Shown here piece after piece: positions 25,688 through 38,779 of a DNA stretch of 64,000 bases (positions are counted from its first letter, which is position 1; every line of letters begins with the position of its first letter). The position numbers were made by a program, and so were the translations under genes. A model generated the notes under the pieces. The model was not told the origin of the DNA, made no database searches, and saw only the letters and a list, made by a program, of their open reading frames with translations. Source of the DNA: Octopus vulgaris (lineage: Eukaryota); the NCBI GenBank assembly GCA_951406725.2, contig OX597816.1, forward strand, positions 4,278,001 through 4,342,000. The letters run 5' to 3'.

Positions 25688-26902
25688 CATAATTCCATTT
25701 TCTATATAAAATTATATTTTCTATATAAATTCCTTTTATTTTCTTATTTGAATAACTGGAAACAAACAGCCGCTCTGCTAAAGGTTAAATGTCATCCCAT
25801 TCGTGTGTCAAACAAAACGGTAATGTCTATAATCGTTCAGAGACTTAACCAAAGATATACTACTTGTAAATATGGAAGCCCGAATAAACAGTACATCGCC
25901 GATCCATCTGCGACTAAAACGTTGAATCTACGCAGCTTGATTGATATGAAAGAGGATTTAGGAATCCTTGTGAAATGGAAATCTGTCTTAATCAAGCAGG
26001 TTTAATAAAGGCAGGAATGTGAACGATCTTCAAAGGTCGACTTGGTACTCTATTATGTCATGTCGTCTTACGACAAGCATCTTCAGTGGTTATAGAATTA
26101 GAATGACTGACTCGATCCTTATCTGCCGTGAATTCAACAATTTACCAAGACAATATACGTAGCATCTTCAAAATTTATCAGCATTTCAATCCTTTCCAAG
26201 CATTACCCAAGTTACCAAGTTTAGCGTTAGCGATTTCCAATTCCCTGCTGCAGAGAAGAACAAATGTTCCACCTCTAGGTTTTCCTTCCAGTTCTCCCTC
26301 TCATTGGAACCACTTCCATTTTCATCCTTCCCGTACTTTCAACCTCATCTCTTACCCCTTTTTTCTACTGAACACTCTCCCATATCTGCCACCGATGGCT
26401 CCCACCCTCACCAATATGCCTCTGGCCTCCGACTCCGGAAAATAGTATTCACATGGCTTCAAAGTTTCAAACATTTACCCCATCGCCGGACTGTTTTTTT
26501 TTTATAACTTCATGTCAAAAATTTGTGTGTGTGTGTGTGTGTGCGTACGTATACGTATAAATAGATTTTTGAAGCAGTCTGTATTATCTTATACTAAAAC
26601 TATCAATGAAAGTTATTTAATGACTAGATTTTTTCTACAAAACAAATATAATCATACATATATAAATCTATGCCTGTGTTGCGGCGAAAACAGAATTACA
26701 GCTATTTTCAATGCCGAGAGAGACGAAAGGTCTGTCTATTTAAATCCAAATCTAAAGTATTTCACTCCAGTTCTCAATGGATAGAAAACCAAGCGATACA
26801 CAGTCACTGATCCTGCAACAAGCAAATTAGCTAGTTAGAAAATCTCTGTTAATTATAAGAGAAGAAACTATACTACGGCTATCTCTAGCGGGCGACTATC
26901 AA

Positions 26903-26945
26903 CCACCGAGGAAGACCACAAAGAGATCGAAACCATACGGTCTGG
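26903..26945 (+). ncRNA. Decayed minimal hammerhead motif (probable old Penelope pseudo-LTR)
   Basis: cca CCGAGGA a gacc-acaaaga-gatc GAAA ccatacg GTC tgg; stem III is one transition away from the palindrome ACCGTACGGT. Confidence 0.45.
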
Positions 26946-27639
26946 CGGTCTCGTGGTTAGATGGTGTGGGTTTACTCCGCTGTTTGCAATATATATCGAA
27001 TGCATATTTCGTCGAATAACCAGCTGCAGGAGGCGTCCTCCTGGGTTTAAGAAAATAGCAGTAACGTCGGTTCCTACTGATCCGCCACGTTTAAGTGGCG
27101 ATAAACATTACTTCTCAGAATAGTCACAGCTCTCACCTGTTATAAAGATTTTCTAATTAGATTTATAAGACTTCACTGAATATTAAATAGTCTAATATTA
27201 GGACAAATAGACCCCCTTAAAGGAAAAAAAGGGCATTAATACGCCTGGAAATCGAACCCGCCCGCAGGGGTGGGTTGTTGAATTCTTTGATAGTTAGAGG
27301 AGGACATGCCTGTAGTGCTGTTTATATTTGTAGTCGTCTTTCTGGTTCCTTTTGCTATATTTATAATTTTCTTTTCGCTTTATATCCATTTTATTACTCA
27401 TTAACTGTTACCGTATCCTTGGTATATAAGCAGACAACTTCCATTCGGGATCTCGCATATTTTTCTCTTCTCTTCACTTTTATATTGCTTCTCACGGATA
27501 AAAGTTATCTGAAATGTCATATTGTTTTTTGTTTTTCTTTCTTCCTTCGGTGTATTTATCCTTCTTGAATAAATCTTTGATTTTTGTTCTTTCACTTCAT
27601 ATTTCTACGCTTTTTAAATCGTTCGTGTATTATTTATTA

Positions 27640-27963
27640 AAAGACTCCGCCGGTTACGACGACGAGGGTCCCAGCTGATACGATCAACGGAACAGCTTGC
27701 TCGTGAAATTAACGTGCAAATGGCTGAGCATTCCACAGACACGTGTACCCTTAACGTAGTTCTCGGGGATAATCAGCGTGACACAGAGAGTGACAAGGCT
27801 GACCCTTTGAAATACAAGTACAACTCATTTTTGCCAGCTGAGTGGACTGGAGCAACGTGAAATAAAGTGTCTTGCTCAAGGACACAACGCGTCGCCGGGA
27901 ATCGAACTCACAACCTTACGATCATGAGCCGAATGCCCTAACCACTAAGCCACGCGCCCTCAC
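27640..27963 (-). mobile_element. tRNA-derived SINE family D, full length with TSD
   Basis: A box tggcttagtgg, B box gagttcgattccc, central tgtgtccttgagcaagacactt; TSD tgtattatt(t/c)atta at 27626-27639 and 27964-27977. Confidence 0.9.
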
Positions 27964-28083
27964 TGTATTATTCATTAGTCTTCTATTTTCCACATGATCT
28001 TACTAGTATGATTTGTATACACACACACACACACAAACACAAACACATACAGGTATAGTCTTTTTAATATTTTGTGCATGTAC

Positions 28084-28131
<48 letters not shown>

Positions 28132-28141
28132 GTATATAATA

Positions 28142-28705
<564 letters not shown>

Positions 28706-28719
28706 TATATATAAATATA

Positions 28720-29135
28720 ATATAATATAATTCGAGACAAAACCACTATTTTGCAAAACAATCAAGGAAAGACTTAATCAATACATAAAAATTTTTAATA
28801 TAAAGAAATAAACCGCCACTACAATCGTTTCATGTCTTCAATGACATTCGTCAGGTGGATTTTCGAATTTATGAATTTAAATTCATAAATTAAAACCGAT
28901 TAGGAGATCGAAAATCCACCTGACGAATGTCATTGAAGACATGAAACGATTGTAGTGGCGGTTTATTTCTCTATATTAAAAATTTTTATGTATTGATTAA
29001 GTCTTTCCTTGTTTGTTTTGCAAAATAGTGGTTTTGTCTCGAATTATATTATATAATATTTTACTTTAAAATTGGATTCAATCCTAAATCTGATTTTTCC
29101 CTGTAAATTTGGATTTATTCCCTAATATTTATTAT

Positions 29136-29140
<5 letters not shown>
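28720..29140. mobile_element. Penelope-like inverted pseudo-LTR pair (arms about 28720-28866 and 28908-29054)
   Basis: About 146-bp near-perfect inverted repeat; right arm extends a further 85 bp or so; flanked by (TA)n; each arm carries a hammerhead. Confidence 0.85.
28916..28958 (+). ncRNA. Minimal type I hammerhead ribozyme (identical inverted copy at 28816-28858 on minus)
   Basis: ccac CTGACGA atgtc-attgaa-gacat GAAA cgatt GTA gtgg; canonical core; stem III ACGAUUGU is self-complementary with G:U pairs. Confidence 0.85.
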
Positions 29141-29219
<79 letters not shown>

Positions 29220-29876
29220 GATAGATGGATTGTTAGCTGGTTACAGACAGAGAGACAGATAGATAGACATACATACATGATACATATATACATGCATACA
29301 GGCGAACAGACAGAAAGACGGGTAAATAAGAAATGATAGATATTTTTATTTTACCGTTATTGAAGAAATGCTTATATTTATCGAAGAATCTCATCCGGAA
29401 TGTTTTTCCTGATATTTCTGATAATTTCCTGAACTTTCCTTTCACTTCCAAACCGCTTTAATTTTAGTTGATCAGGTTTAACAAATTATTTAGATTTGTC
29501 GTTTCTTTTTCATATTTTAATTTTGCTAAATAAAGACAGAGACAGGTGTTTCCGGTTTCTTTTCCATTTTATTTTATACGGACTTTGTCAGTGAACAGGT
29601 CGCGGATTTTAGCGACGAAAATATTTTGACAAATTAAACTTAAATGTTGGAGTGAATCGAACGGCTTTTGTGTGTTTCTTAAATGGCTTATAAACACCTT
29701 TCACGCTGCAATTGTTTTCGTTTCAGCACACGATCTCAGATCAAATTACTTGCTATGCGAGTACATCTCCGTAATTTTATTATTCGTTCTTATTAATTTT
29801 GGCTAAAATTGTCTGACTCTATGTTCAGTTCAACTTCATTTTGTCACTATCACTGTTACAAAAATATTTTTAGTCA

Positions 29877-30259
29877 TCTCTCTATATATAAACGGCAGTT
29901 TGTCTGTGCGTTTTCTGTGTGTCTGTTTTCTCGTACCCTCACCCTGACCACGGCTTTCAACCGATTCTGATGAAACTTGACACACACATAGCCCAATGTC
30001 ATAATTCAAAACTAACGCAGCGAAAATTTTGAAAAGTTCCCCCAGTTCTGAAAAAAATCGATAAATTCGACATGGGGTCGAGAATAAAAAAAACAAACCA
30101 CAGACTGTCTAGGGGACGCAACTCAACCTTTTTTACTCTCAAAAAAAATTTACCATAATTTTTTTTCCATTTTTTTGCTATTTTTTGGCTATAACTCTCT
30201 AAAGATGCTTTATAGTTATTTCCCTTACAAACCTGAGCAACGCCGGGCGATACTGCTAG
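29877..30259 (+). mobile_element. Non-autonomous Helitron, family H2
   Basis: A|TCTCTCTATATATAAA start, hairpin cctgagcaacgccggg, CTAG|T end. Confidence 0.85.
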
Positions 30260-30269
30260 TATATATATA

Positions 30270-30321
<52 letters not shown>

Positions 30322-30324
<3 letters not shown>

Positions 30325-30630
30325 AGGCGCAATGGCCCAGTGGTTAGGGTAGCGGATTCGCGGTCGGAGGATCGCGGTTTCGATTCCCAGACCGGGCATT
30401 GTGAGTGTTTATTGAGCGAAAAACACCTAAAAAAGCTTCACGAGGCTCCGGCTGGGAGTGGTGATCCCTGCTGTACTCTTTCACCACTCTTTCTCCCACT
30501 CTTTCTTCTGTTGGCCTGCTCGCTTAGACAGCGGGGTGGCGTCATTCAAAGGCTAAAACAATGCGAACGCATTGTGACCAGCGATGTGTAACAACATCTG
30601 ATAGTCTGGTCGGTTACGTGATCACGTGAT
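30322..30630 (+). mobile_element. tRNA-derived SINE family C
   Basis: A box tggcccagtgg, B box ggtttcgattccc; head shared with 44905-45290. Confidence 0.85.
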
Positions 30631-30953
30631 ATATATATATATATATATCTACACACAGTTGATATTCTGGTTGACTATTATTATGAACAAACCTTAGTGC
30701 GGAGACTCCTTTTATTAATATATTCTTTATCTTTGACCTACGTAATCATATGTTACTTTAAGCAGGTGGTTCCATTCATCTTGACGCATCCATTTTTAAT
30801 GAACTCTTCTGTTTTCCTCTTTTCATAATATTCTGCTCGATATTAACTCTGCTTGATCGCATGTGATTCTTTTATTTGCTTTCGAGTTTCATCAAAGACA
30901 TGTTAAACGTATGTATTCATTGATACGATGTGAGATGAGGTGTGTGTGTGTGC

Positions 30954-31000
<47 letters not shown>

Positions 31001-31007
<7 letters not shown>

Positions 31008-31470
31008 AGTGAATTGAAGAAATGGAGCTGAACGAAGATTGAACAGAAATCGTTTTATTTCATTCTACACGTGTTTCGAAAGGCAGAATTTACCAAAATC
31101 CGATTGAATAATGAGACCATATTAGGAGCCTAGTTCGATTTGTTTTTGCTCCGCCTCTGTTCTGTTTTTGTTTTTTCCAACGGATTTCCTATTTCTTTCT
31201 GAAGAGAAAGACACAATATGGTCTCATTATTCAATCGGATTTTGGTAAATTGTGGCTTTCGAAACACGTGTAGAATGAAATAAAACGATTTCTGTTCAAT
31301 CTTCGTTCAGCTCCATTTCTTCAATTCACTAATAATATTAAAATTCAATTATCCGCACCAACGCACGGTTGCAACACCATATGGTTGTACCTCCAACCGT
31401 GCTGTCTTCTGCTGTGATTTTTGCTACCAAGGTACCGGTTAAACTTTTGATTAATCTGCTATTTCACATA
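31001..31470. mobile_element. Penelope-like inverted pseudo-LTR pair (arms 31001-31123 and 31215-31337)
   Basis: 123-bp near-perfect inverted repeat between (TA)n tracts; right copy extended and containing a hammerhead. Confidence 0.8.
31190..31282 (+). ncRNA. Type I hammerhead ribozyme with long helix II
   Basis: tatttcttt CTGAAGA gaaag.cacaat...attgtg.ctttc GAAA cacgt GTA gaatgaaata; palindromic stem III ACACGTGT. Confidence 0.75.
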
Positions 31471-31620
31471 ATATATATATATATATATATATATATCCAA
31501 AATGTAAACAGATTTATTATTGCTCGTTTCTCCTTTTTCAAGACCAGCGACATTTTGTCATTGGAAAAAGCATACAGTAAAAAGCATTTAGCATCACTTC
31601 TCATCCCTAGCCGGTGCTTG

Positions 31621-31667
31621 GTATACGCTGATGACGGGTTACTATCCAGAAACCCGGGTACGTGTGT
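31621..31667 (+). ncRNA. Minimal type I hammerhead ribozyme in a probable further pseudo-LTR (about 31500-31825)
   Basis: gtatacg CTGATGA c gggt-tact-atcc a GAAA cccgg GTA cgtgtgt; palindromic stem III ACCCGGGT. Confidence 0.75.
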
Positions 31668-31851
31668 ATCACGTCAGGCTAGAGATGAGAACGATGATTT
31701 CCCTTCGCAAATACTGATCGGGCGCAGACAGTGTGTCGTTAGCCAGCTGGAGGAGATGTCTTCCTGGGGCTATAAACTACAGCAGCATCGTCCCATATAG
31801 GTCAGTCACATCTAGGTGGTAAATATAATTATATATATATATACACATATA

Positions 31852-31929
<78 letters not shown>

Positions 31930-33044
31930 CATACATTTGCGTGTATGTATATGTATATACATATACATGTGTGTGTGCACGCACGCGTGTGTGAATATGG
32001 CCACTGGTGCCTCCTCAAAATTTATTTGCTTCTATTTTTCAATATCATACAGCATATTTTTTATGGTTACGACGACCTACACGTGTTTCCATTGCGCAGA
32101 GTATGAGCTGTTGCAATATGCAATCGGGCATAATTTTCTGTGCAATTTCGTTCAGGATCTTTCACCCAGCTTGGATCGAAACCAGGCAGATAGTGTTCTA
32201 TGAGAAGGTGGATAGTGTTCTTGCTATCTTATGGTCTTCATTAGTGGATATATTTGATGTGATTTTAAACACTACGTGCCTTGTGTTACTGGACCGACAC
32301 TTCAAATAAGGGGATGAAACAAGCTCCTAGATGTGCAAACACTGAAAAGACTTTGCGATCAGAGATGCCAAGCTCAATCAGAACTGAACTCAGCTGTTAA
32401 AGTGAAAAACGGTCTCGGGTATTTTATTGTGATCTCGCTGTCGTAAACCAGAAAGCATGTGACTAGTCTGTAGCTGTTTTGCTTCTTGTGGAAAGGTCAA
32501 TTTCCATTGGTCAGTGGGTCCATTCGACTACCAGAACATACACAAGAGAGCAAGAAATAACACGGACAATAACGCAATGGCATGAGTTATGCTTGACTCG
32601 TCTTCAGAAATTCCTGGACGATGACGAGTTAAACGTTTAGGGGCAGCATTCGTTTAACCGCTCTTTCAGCTGCTCACCTCATTGATTGAACTAGTTTTCT
32701 AAGTCATTTGTAGCCTGAGGTTGAGGTTTTGGTTCCTGGCATTCACCTTTTATTCGTTGTTTGAAAATCAACTCTCGCATTTTTATGCGGCAGTTGACTT
32801 TCAGTCGAGCTTTATAGACAGAAGAATAGTAGAAAATATGAGCGAGGATGATGGTGCGTCTGGTTCTCTTTTGGATGACTTTTGAGTCGGGATTTATTGA
32901 AGAGAGGTCTTAATCATTAGAATTTTGGTGTTGGGACACAAGGTCATCGTCAACACTATTTCTATCTCTGTGTTCAAGCAAACGGACCTTGCAGAGTATC
33001 ACACACGGTGATGAAACTGTCCGGGTATCCTCAATTTGTGAAGC

Positions 33045-33460
33045 AAAATGCTTAGCGGTATTTCATCCATCTTTACGTTCTGAGTTCAAATGCGACCGAG
33101 GTCGACATTGCCTTTCATCCATTCGGGATCGATGGAATAAGTACCAGCTGAATACTGGGGTCAATGTAATCAACATACCCCTCCCCTCAAATTTGCTACC
33201 TTTGTGCAAAAAAATTAGAAGGAATTATTAATATTATTATAGTTGTTAAGGCGGCGACCTGGCAGAATCGTTAGCACGCCGGTCAAATTACTTGACAGCA
33301 TTTCGTCTGTCCTTACGTTCTGAGCTCAAATTCCCCTGAGATCGACTTCGCTTTTCATCCTTTAGGGGTCAATAGAATAAGTACCAGTCTCAGTACTGGG
33401 GTTCGATGTAATCAACTAATTCCCTTCTTCAAAATTCCAGGCTTTATGCTTTTTCGAAAA
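33045..33460 (+). mobile_element. Two decayed SINE family B copies
   Basis: ttacgttctgag.tcaaat...cttt.catcc...aataagtaccag occurs twice. Confidence 0.75.
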
Positions 33461-34750
33461 AAAAAAATTATTAGTTGTTACTGTAGTTAGAATTTTCCTG
33501 TAAAACGGTGAGCAACAACTTGAAGCAGAAAAAATGCTACGCGTTTCTGTAAATTATCTTGCCTTATCAAGGATAATATATCTTCTTTTAGACATTTAGC
33601 AGATATTTTATCGAATACTCACATAGCTTTTCAAATCTCTTGCATTCTATATTGGCTTGAAGCCTTGCAACGTAGTATTATCTTTAGTTTACACTGTATT
33701 TATTTTTTTACGTGAACATTCCTACTTGTTTTCGAAAGTCAATAGTTATCTGATATATTCATTTTACATCGCTTTTCATGTCCCAGTTTGTTATTTTAAA
33801 TTCCTGTTAGTGCTGCTTTGATTTACATGCATCTGGCATTATATTTCCTCCTTGTTCTTCAGTACTGTTCCGCTGTTTCTAGAGTATATTTTCATTATTC
33901 ATAAACATTCTCTACTTTATACGTATTTAATGTCTATTTATTTTCCCTCTCTGCTTCTTCATTTTGTTTATTTCTTTTACTAAATTACAGCAACCATTTT
34001 GAAATCACTTATACTTTCACAGCATTAATTCATATACCGCGTATTTGATATTCTCAAGAGAAATTCGAGAAATTGTTTTAAGGTCGTCTGCTTGTCATTG
34101 AAAACGGTTTTACCTGTAAATTTCTCGTTTTTATATTCTTTTAGAATCAATTCAGTGTTTAATATTCCTTCACCAAACGCATGCCAGCACAACATTACTG
34201 CATGCGTTCTTATGTAACGTTTTTTTGGAATATCAGTTTCATTCTCTGTTGCCATTAGTACAAGTCCACAAATTTTGCGGGGAAGGAACCATCGATTACA
34301 TCTACTGCAGTTTGTGACGATGGAAATAAAAATTGACCCGAGAGGGATTTGAACTCAAGTACATCTGGACATAAAGCAATTTTGTCGGATATATTTTTGA
34401 TTCTCTCAATCTGTTCGGTATTTAGTAGAATCCCAAGGAGATCGTTGGACGACATACCACAAGTTTTTAGATTACGGCTGTTTACGCTATGGGTTCAAAT
34501 CCAAAGCGTTGCCTTTATTCTCACTGGGATTGTTAAAATAATGTACATGCCAAGTATTGGTAGTAATCGATTAATTTTCCCCCACCTCCCAAATTGATTA
34601 GAAAGAAATATGGTGACTAATTTCAAATTCAAGGCGGCGAGTTAGCAGAATTGTTAGCACGCCGGACAAAATGCTTAGTGGCTTTTCGTCCGTCTTTGTG
34701 TTTTCAGTTCATATTTCTTTCAGGTCGACTTTGAAACCACCACCACCATC

Positions 34751-34825
<75 letters not shown>

Positions 34826-35447
34826 GTCACTAGCAGTTGTAGTAGCAGCAGCCATAGCGGCAGTATAAGGTCTGCTGCTGTCCGCTGGATCAATATCTCG
34901 TTCTAAATGCAGTTGTTAAGTCAATAATGATTCATTGAGTGAGGAACAGGACGATATCTTCAGAGGGAGAGAGAGAGAGAGAGAGAAAGGAAGAGGTGTG
35001 AAAGAGTGAATTATCTTCTGCAGGTAATCGACACCTCGTTGTAGATCTGTCTCTCGGATTGTTTACAACTTGCTACGCACCAGCAATGCTGTTCCCACTT
35101 TCAAAACATGAATACAAATTATTTTTGACAAAATTTGAGTGGAGAGAGATCGAATTTCTGACACTGTATTGAAATGCAATTCTTCAAAACTATCCGTGTA
35201 TACACGCGTGTGTTTTTGCATGTATACATATATAATATATACTTTTATATATAACTCCACTAGAATGGACGAAAGCGCTAATATATGATATATGATATAT
35301 GATGTATAAAAACATGTAACATACTAATAAATATCTGTAAATATAAAACCATCCGAATTTCAGAGTACTTCATTTCTTCTAATATATAATACCTGTACAT
35401 CATCTCCAATCCTTCTAATATATATATATATATATATGTGTGTACAT

Positions 35448-35501
<54 letters not shown>

Positions 35502-35540
35502 GCACACACACACGCACACACACACACACACACACACATA

Positions 35541-35785
35541 TACTCTTTTACTCTTTTACTCTTTTACTTGTTTCAGTCATTTGACTGCGGCCATGCTGGA
35601 GCACCGCCTTTAGTCGAGCAAATTGACCCCGGGACTTATTCTTTGTAAGCCCAGTACTTATTCTATCGGTCACTTTTGCCGAACCGCTCAGTGACGAGGA
35701 CGTAAACACACCAGCATCGATTGTCAAGCAATGCTAGGGGGACAAACACAGACACACAAACACACACACACACACACACACACAG

Positions 35786-35818
<33 letters not shown>

Positions 35819-35986
35819 CATATATACGACGGGCTTCTTTCAGTTTCCCTCTACCAAATCCACTCACAAGGCTTTGGTCGGCCCGGGGCTATAGCAGAAG
35901 ACACTTGCCCAAGATGCCACGCAGTGGGACTGAACCCGGAACCATGTGGTTGGTTAGCAAGCTACTTACCACACAGCCACTCCTGC
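35541..35986 (-). mobile_element. SINE family A, full length
   Basis: Near-identical to 28184-28603. Confidence 0.9.
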
Positions 35987-35993
35987 ATTATAC

Positions 35994-36085
<92 letters not shown>

Positions 36086-36540
36086 TCTATTTTAATATCT
36101 ATTTTAAGGCGGGTGTAATTCTTCTAACACTATTCATCGAGGAATGTTTGGATACTGTAAACAAACATACACACGCATACATGCAAACTGTAGAGAAGAG
36201 TAAACAGCAGATGGAATGCAATCAAATATTGAAGCACAAGGAGAATGTAATGAAGCCCACAGCAGCCGAGGAGAACATTGGCTGACCGAGCTCAGCAAAG
36301 GATGTGGAAGCAGATGACGAGGACAGCAATGATAAGGTCAGTATGAGAAATAACAATAGTCCTTAATTTTTTTACAATAGGAACAAGGCCTGCAATTTTG
36401 TGGGGCGTCGGGGAGCAAGACGACTGCATCGACCCCAGTGCGTAACTGGTACCTATTTACGGCGGTTACTATTCTGCAAGCTCACCGGCTTACCACCACT
36501 ACTACCACCACCACCACCACCACCACCACCACTACTATTA

Positions 36541-36588
<48 letters not shown>

Positions 36589-36589
36589 T

Positions 36590-36624
<35 letters not shown>

Positions 36625-36625
<1 letters not shown>

Positions 36626-37025
36626 GGAAAGTGGTACTAATACTACCAGAGGCTGTGACAGAGAATGAGAATGACAGGATCTTATGGGACTTACCTCACA
36701 AAATCTAAGAATACGATTGAAGCAAGGAAACCAAATATGTTTAAGGAGGATAAAGGAAACAGTGTGAGATAGATTTTACAATTCGGACTCGGTACCAAAG
36801 AAATTGAAAAAAAAATTTAGAGATACAAGAATCTAGCGAAAGAGCTGATGAGACTGTGGAAGATTAAGACATCAATTATAATTGTGGTAAATGGTGCTCT
36901 TGGCACAGCACCCAAAATGTTACCTAAAAGATTGAAAGAAATTGGAATTGGAACTCGTATTGTGGTCCTGCACAATTCTATATTGATTCTATATTATAGA
37001 AGTGCCATTCTATATTAAGCAAGAA
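36625..37025 (+). mobile_element. Decayed R4/Dong-like RLE endonuclease region following a (CTA)n tract
   Basis: PEAVTENENDRILWD...IEARKP...YKNLAKELMRLWKIKTSIIIVVNGALGTAPK. Confidence 0.7.
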
Positions 37026-37029
37026 TTTA

Positions 37030-37206
37030 GTCGATTAAGTCGATTACATCGACCCCAGTGCGTAGTTGGTACTTATTTAATCGACCCCGAAAAGATGAAA
37101 GGCAAAGTCAACCTCGGCGGAATTTGAACTCAGAACGTAGCGGCAGACGAAATACTGCTAAGCATTTCGCCCGGCGTGCTAACGTTTCTGCCAGCTCGCT
37201 GCCTTA
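37030..37206 (-). mobile_element. SINE family B
   Basis: Reverse complement of the 13201-13370 head and body. Confidence 0.85.
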
Positions 37207-37987
37207 ACAACAACAACAATAATAAGGTAGTTTTTTGTCCATGAAACACATCTAACGTACAGTTAAATCTAGGAGATGCTGGTTCCTTTACTGTATGATT
37301 ATTCCACGCTAAACTCCCAAAATTACAAACCATTATTTTACAGTGAATTCCTGCTCTTCCATATGACATTTGAACATAAACAAAACAAAATGAGACAAAC
37401 ATCGCTTTTGCAATTAATACTTATCATATAACTCACATGGAGATGCTAAACACACTAGATATATTTCTTGAGAAATGTTGTGCGCATGCTAAAGTAGGAA
37501 ATAAATATTCTGGACAAACAAAACGAGCATGAACTAAAGACAGGGCTGTTTAAAATCTCATCAAGAATGCCCAAGGTTAAATCAGATTGCAACAAACCAC
37601 AACAAGCTGAGTCAGAATGAATAATGAATTTCCTACTGTGTGTTTATTGTGAGCTGGATATGAAAATAATGTAAGATGCGGTTCCAAAACGTCGCTGCTT
37701 CCAAAGAATAATTGCTGACAGAGAAGCTGCTAGCGCCGAAATTAAGCAAAAAAAAATAGATAATCAGTTGAACGTTGTTGTAAGTGAACATAGCATTCAA
37801 GTGTTATCTTATTGTTGCACGTAAACAACGTTTTATTCAAAACATACGAGTGGTATAAAAGAAATGTCTGAGAAAAGAAAAAAAGAAAAAGGAACAAAGA
37901 AACAAAGAAACGAAGAAACGAAAAAAGCAAGTAGTATATAAATGCGAACGCACTGGTAAATATAGGGAGATATAGGGTGAGGAATAG

Positions 37988-38186
37988 GCGAAGGCGTGGC
38001 TGTGTGGTAAGAAGTTAGCTTACCAACCACGTGGTCCCCGGTTCACTCCCACTACCTGGCATCTTGGGCAAGTGTCTTCTACAATAACCCCGGGCCGACC
38101 AAAGCCCTGTGAGTAGATTTGGTAGACGGAAAGTGGAACATGTCCGTCACATAAACGCACGCACACACACACATACACACACACAC

Positions 38187-38231
<45 letters not shown>

Positions 38232-38750
38232 TAGATAGATAGATAGATATAATGGTGTCATTGAGACCCAAAGGTGTCAGGTAATGCTGAATAAGTGCTA
38301 TAGACAGACCATAGTTAAGTTCCAGATTCGATAATATTGCGAATAAAGGGTTCAACGTTGGTTCTATGTCAGCGTGTGTATATAAGAATATTTTGCGTAA
38401 TGAGATAAAAAACCAAGGCTGTGTAGATATTATAGCATTTATAGATGCTATAATATAGATGCTATAATACCTATACAGCCTTGGTTTATTTTATCTCATT
38501 ATGCAAAATATTCTTATATATATAAATATACGTATATGTGTGTCTTTGTGTCTATGTCCACCATCACCATTTCACAAAGGGCCTTGGTGTATTTACGTCT
38601 CAGTAACTGAGCGGTTCGGAAAAATATCCGATAGAATAAGTATCATGTTCTTAAAAAATAAGTCCTGGGGTCGATTGGGTCGACTGTAATTCTTCAACAC
38701 GCTGCCCCAGCATGGTCGCAATCTAATGAGTGAAACAAGTAAAAAAATTG
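37988..38750 (+). mobile_element. SINE family A split at its internal microsatellite by about 290 bp of inserted sequence
   Basis: Head at 37988-38150, tail at 38535-38750; the insert includes the fold-back at 38379-38520. Confidence 0.7.
38379..38520. repeat. Fold-back of about 140 bp related to the pseudo-LTR at 6345-6400
   Basis: tatataagaatattttgcgtaatgagataaaaaaccaaggctgt ... acagccttggtttattttatctcattatgcaaaatattcttatata. Confidence 0.8.
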
Positions 38751-38779
38751 ATAAAAGAATAATATCCAAAATTTAACAA

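Noticed and set aside
27240-27275. Isolated B-box-like motif (aatcgaaccc)
   Set aside because: No A box, cloverleaf or SINE body recognisable.
29577-29773. MITE with tacgga...tccgta ends
   Set aside because: The inverted match is only 6 bp and there is a single copy in the window; insufficient evidence.
30322-30395. tRNA gene
   Set aside because: A and B boxes run straight into a SINE body repeated elsewhere; the same applies to all SINE heads in the window.
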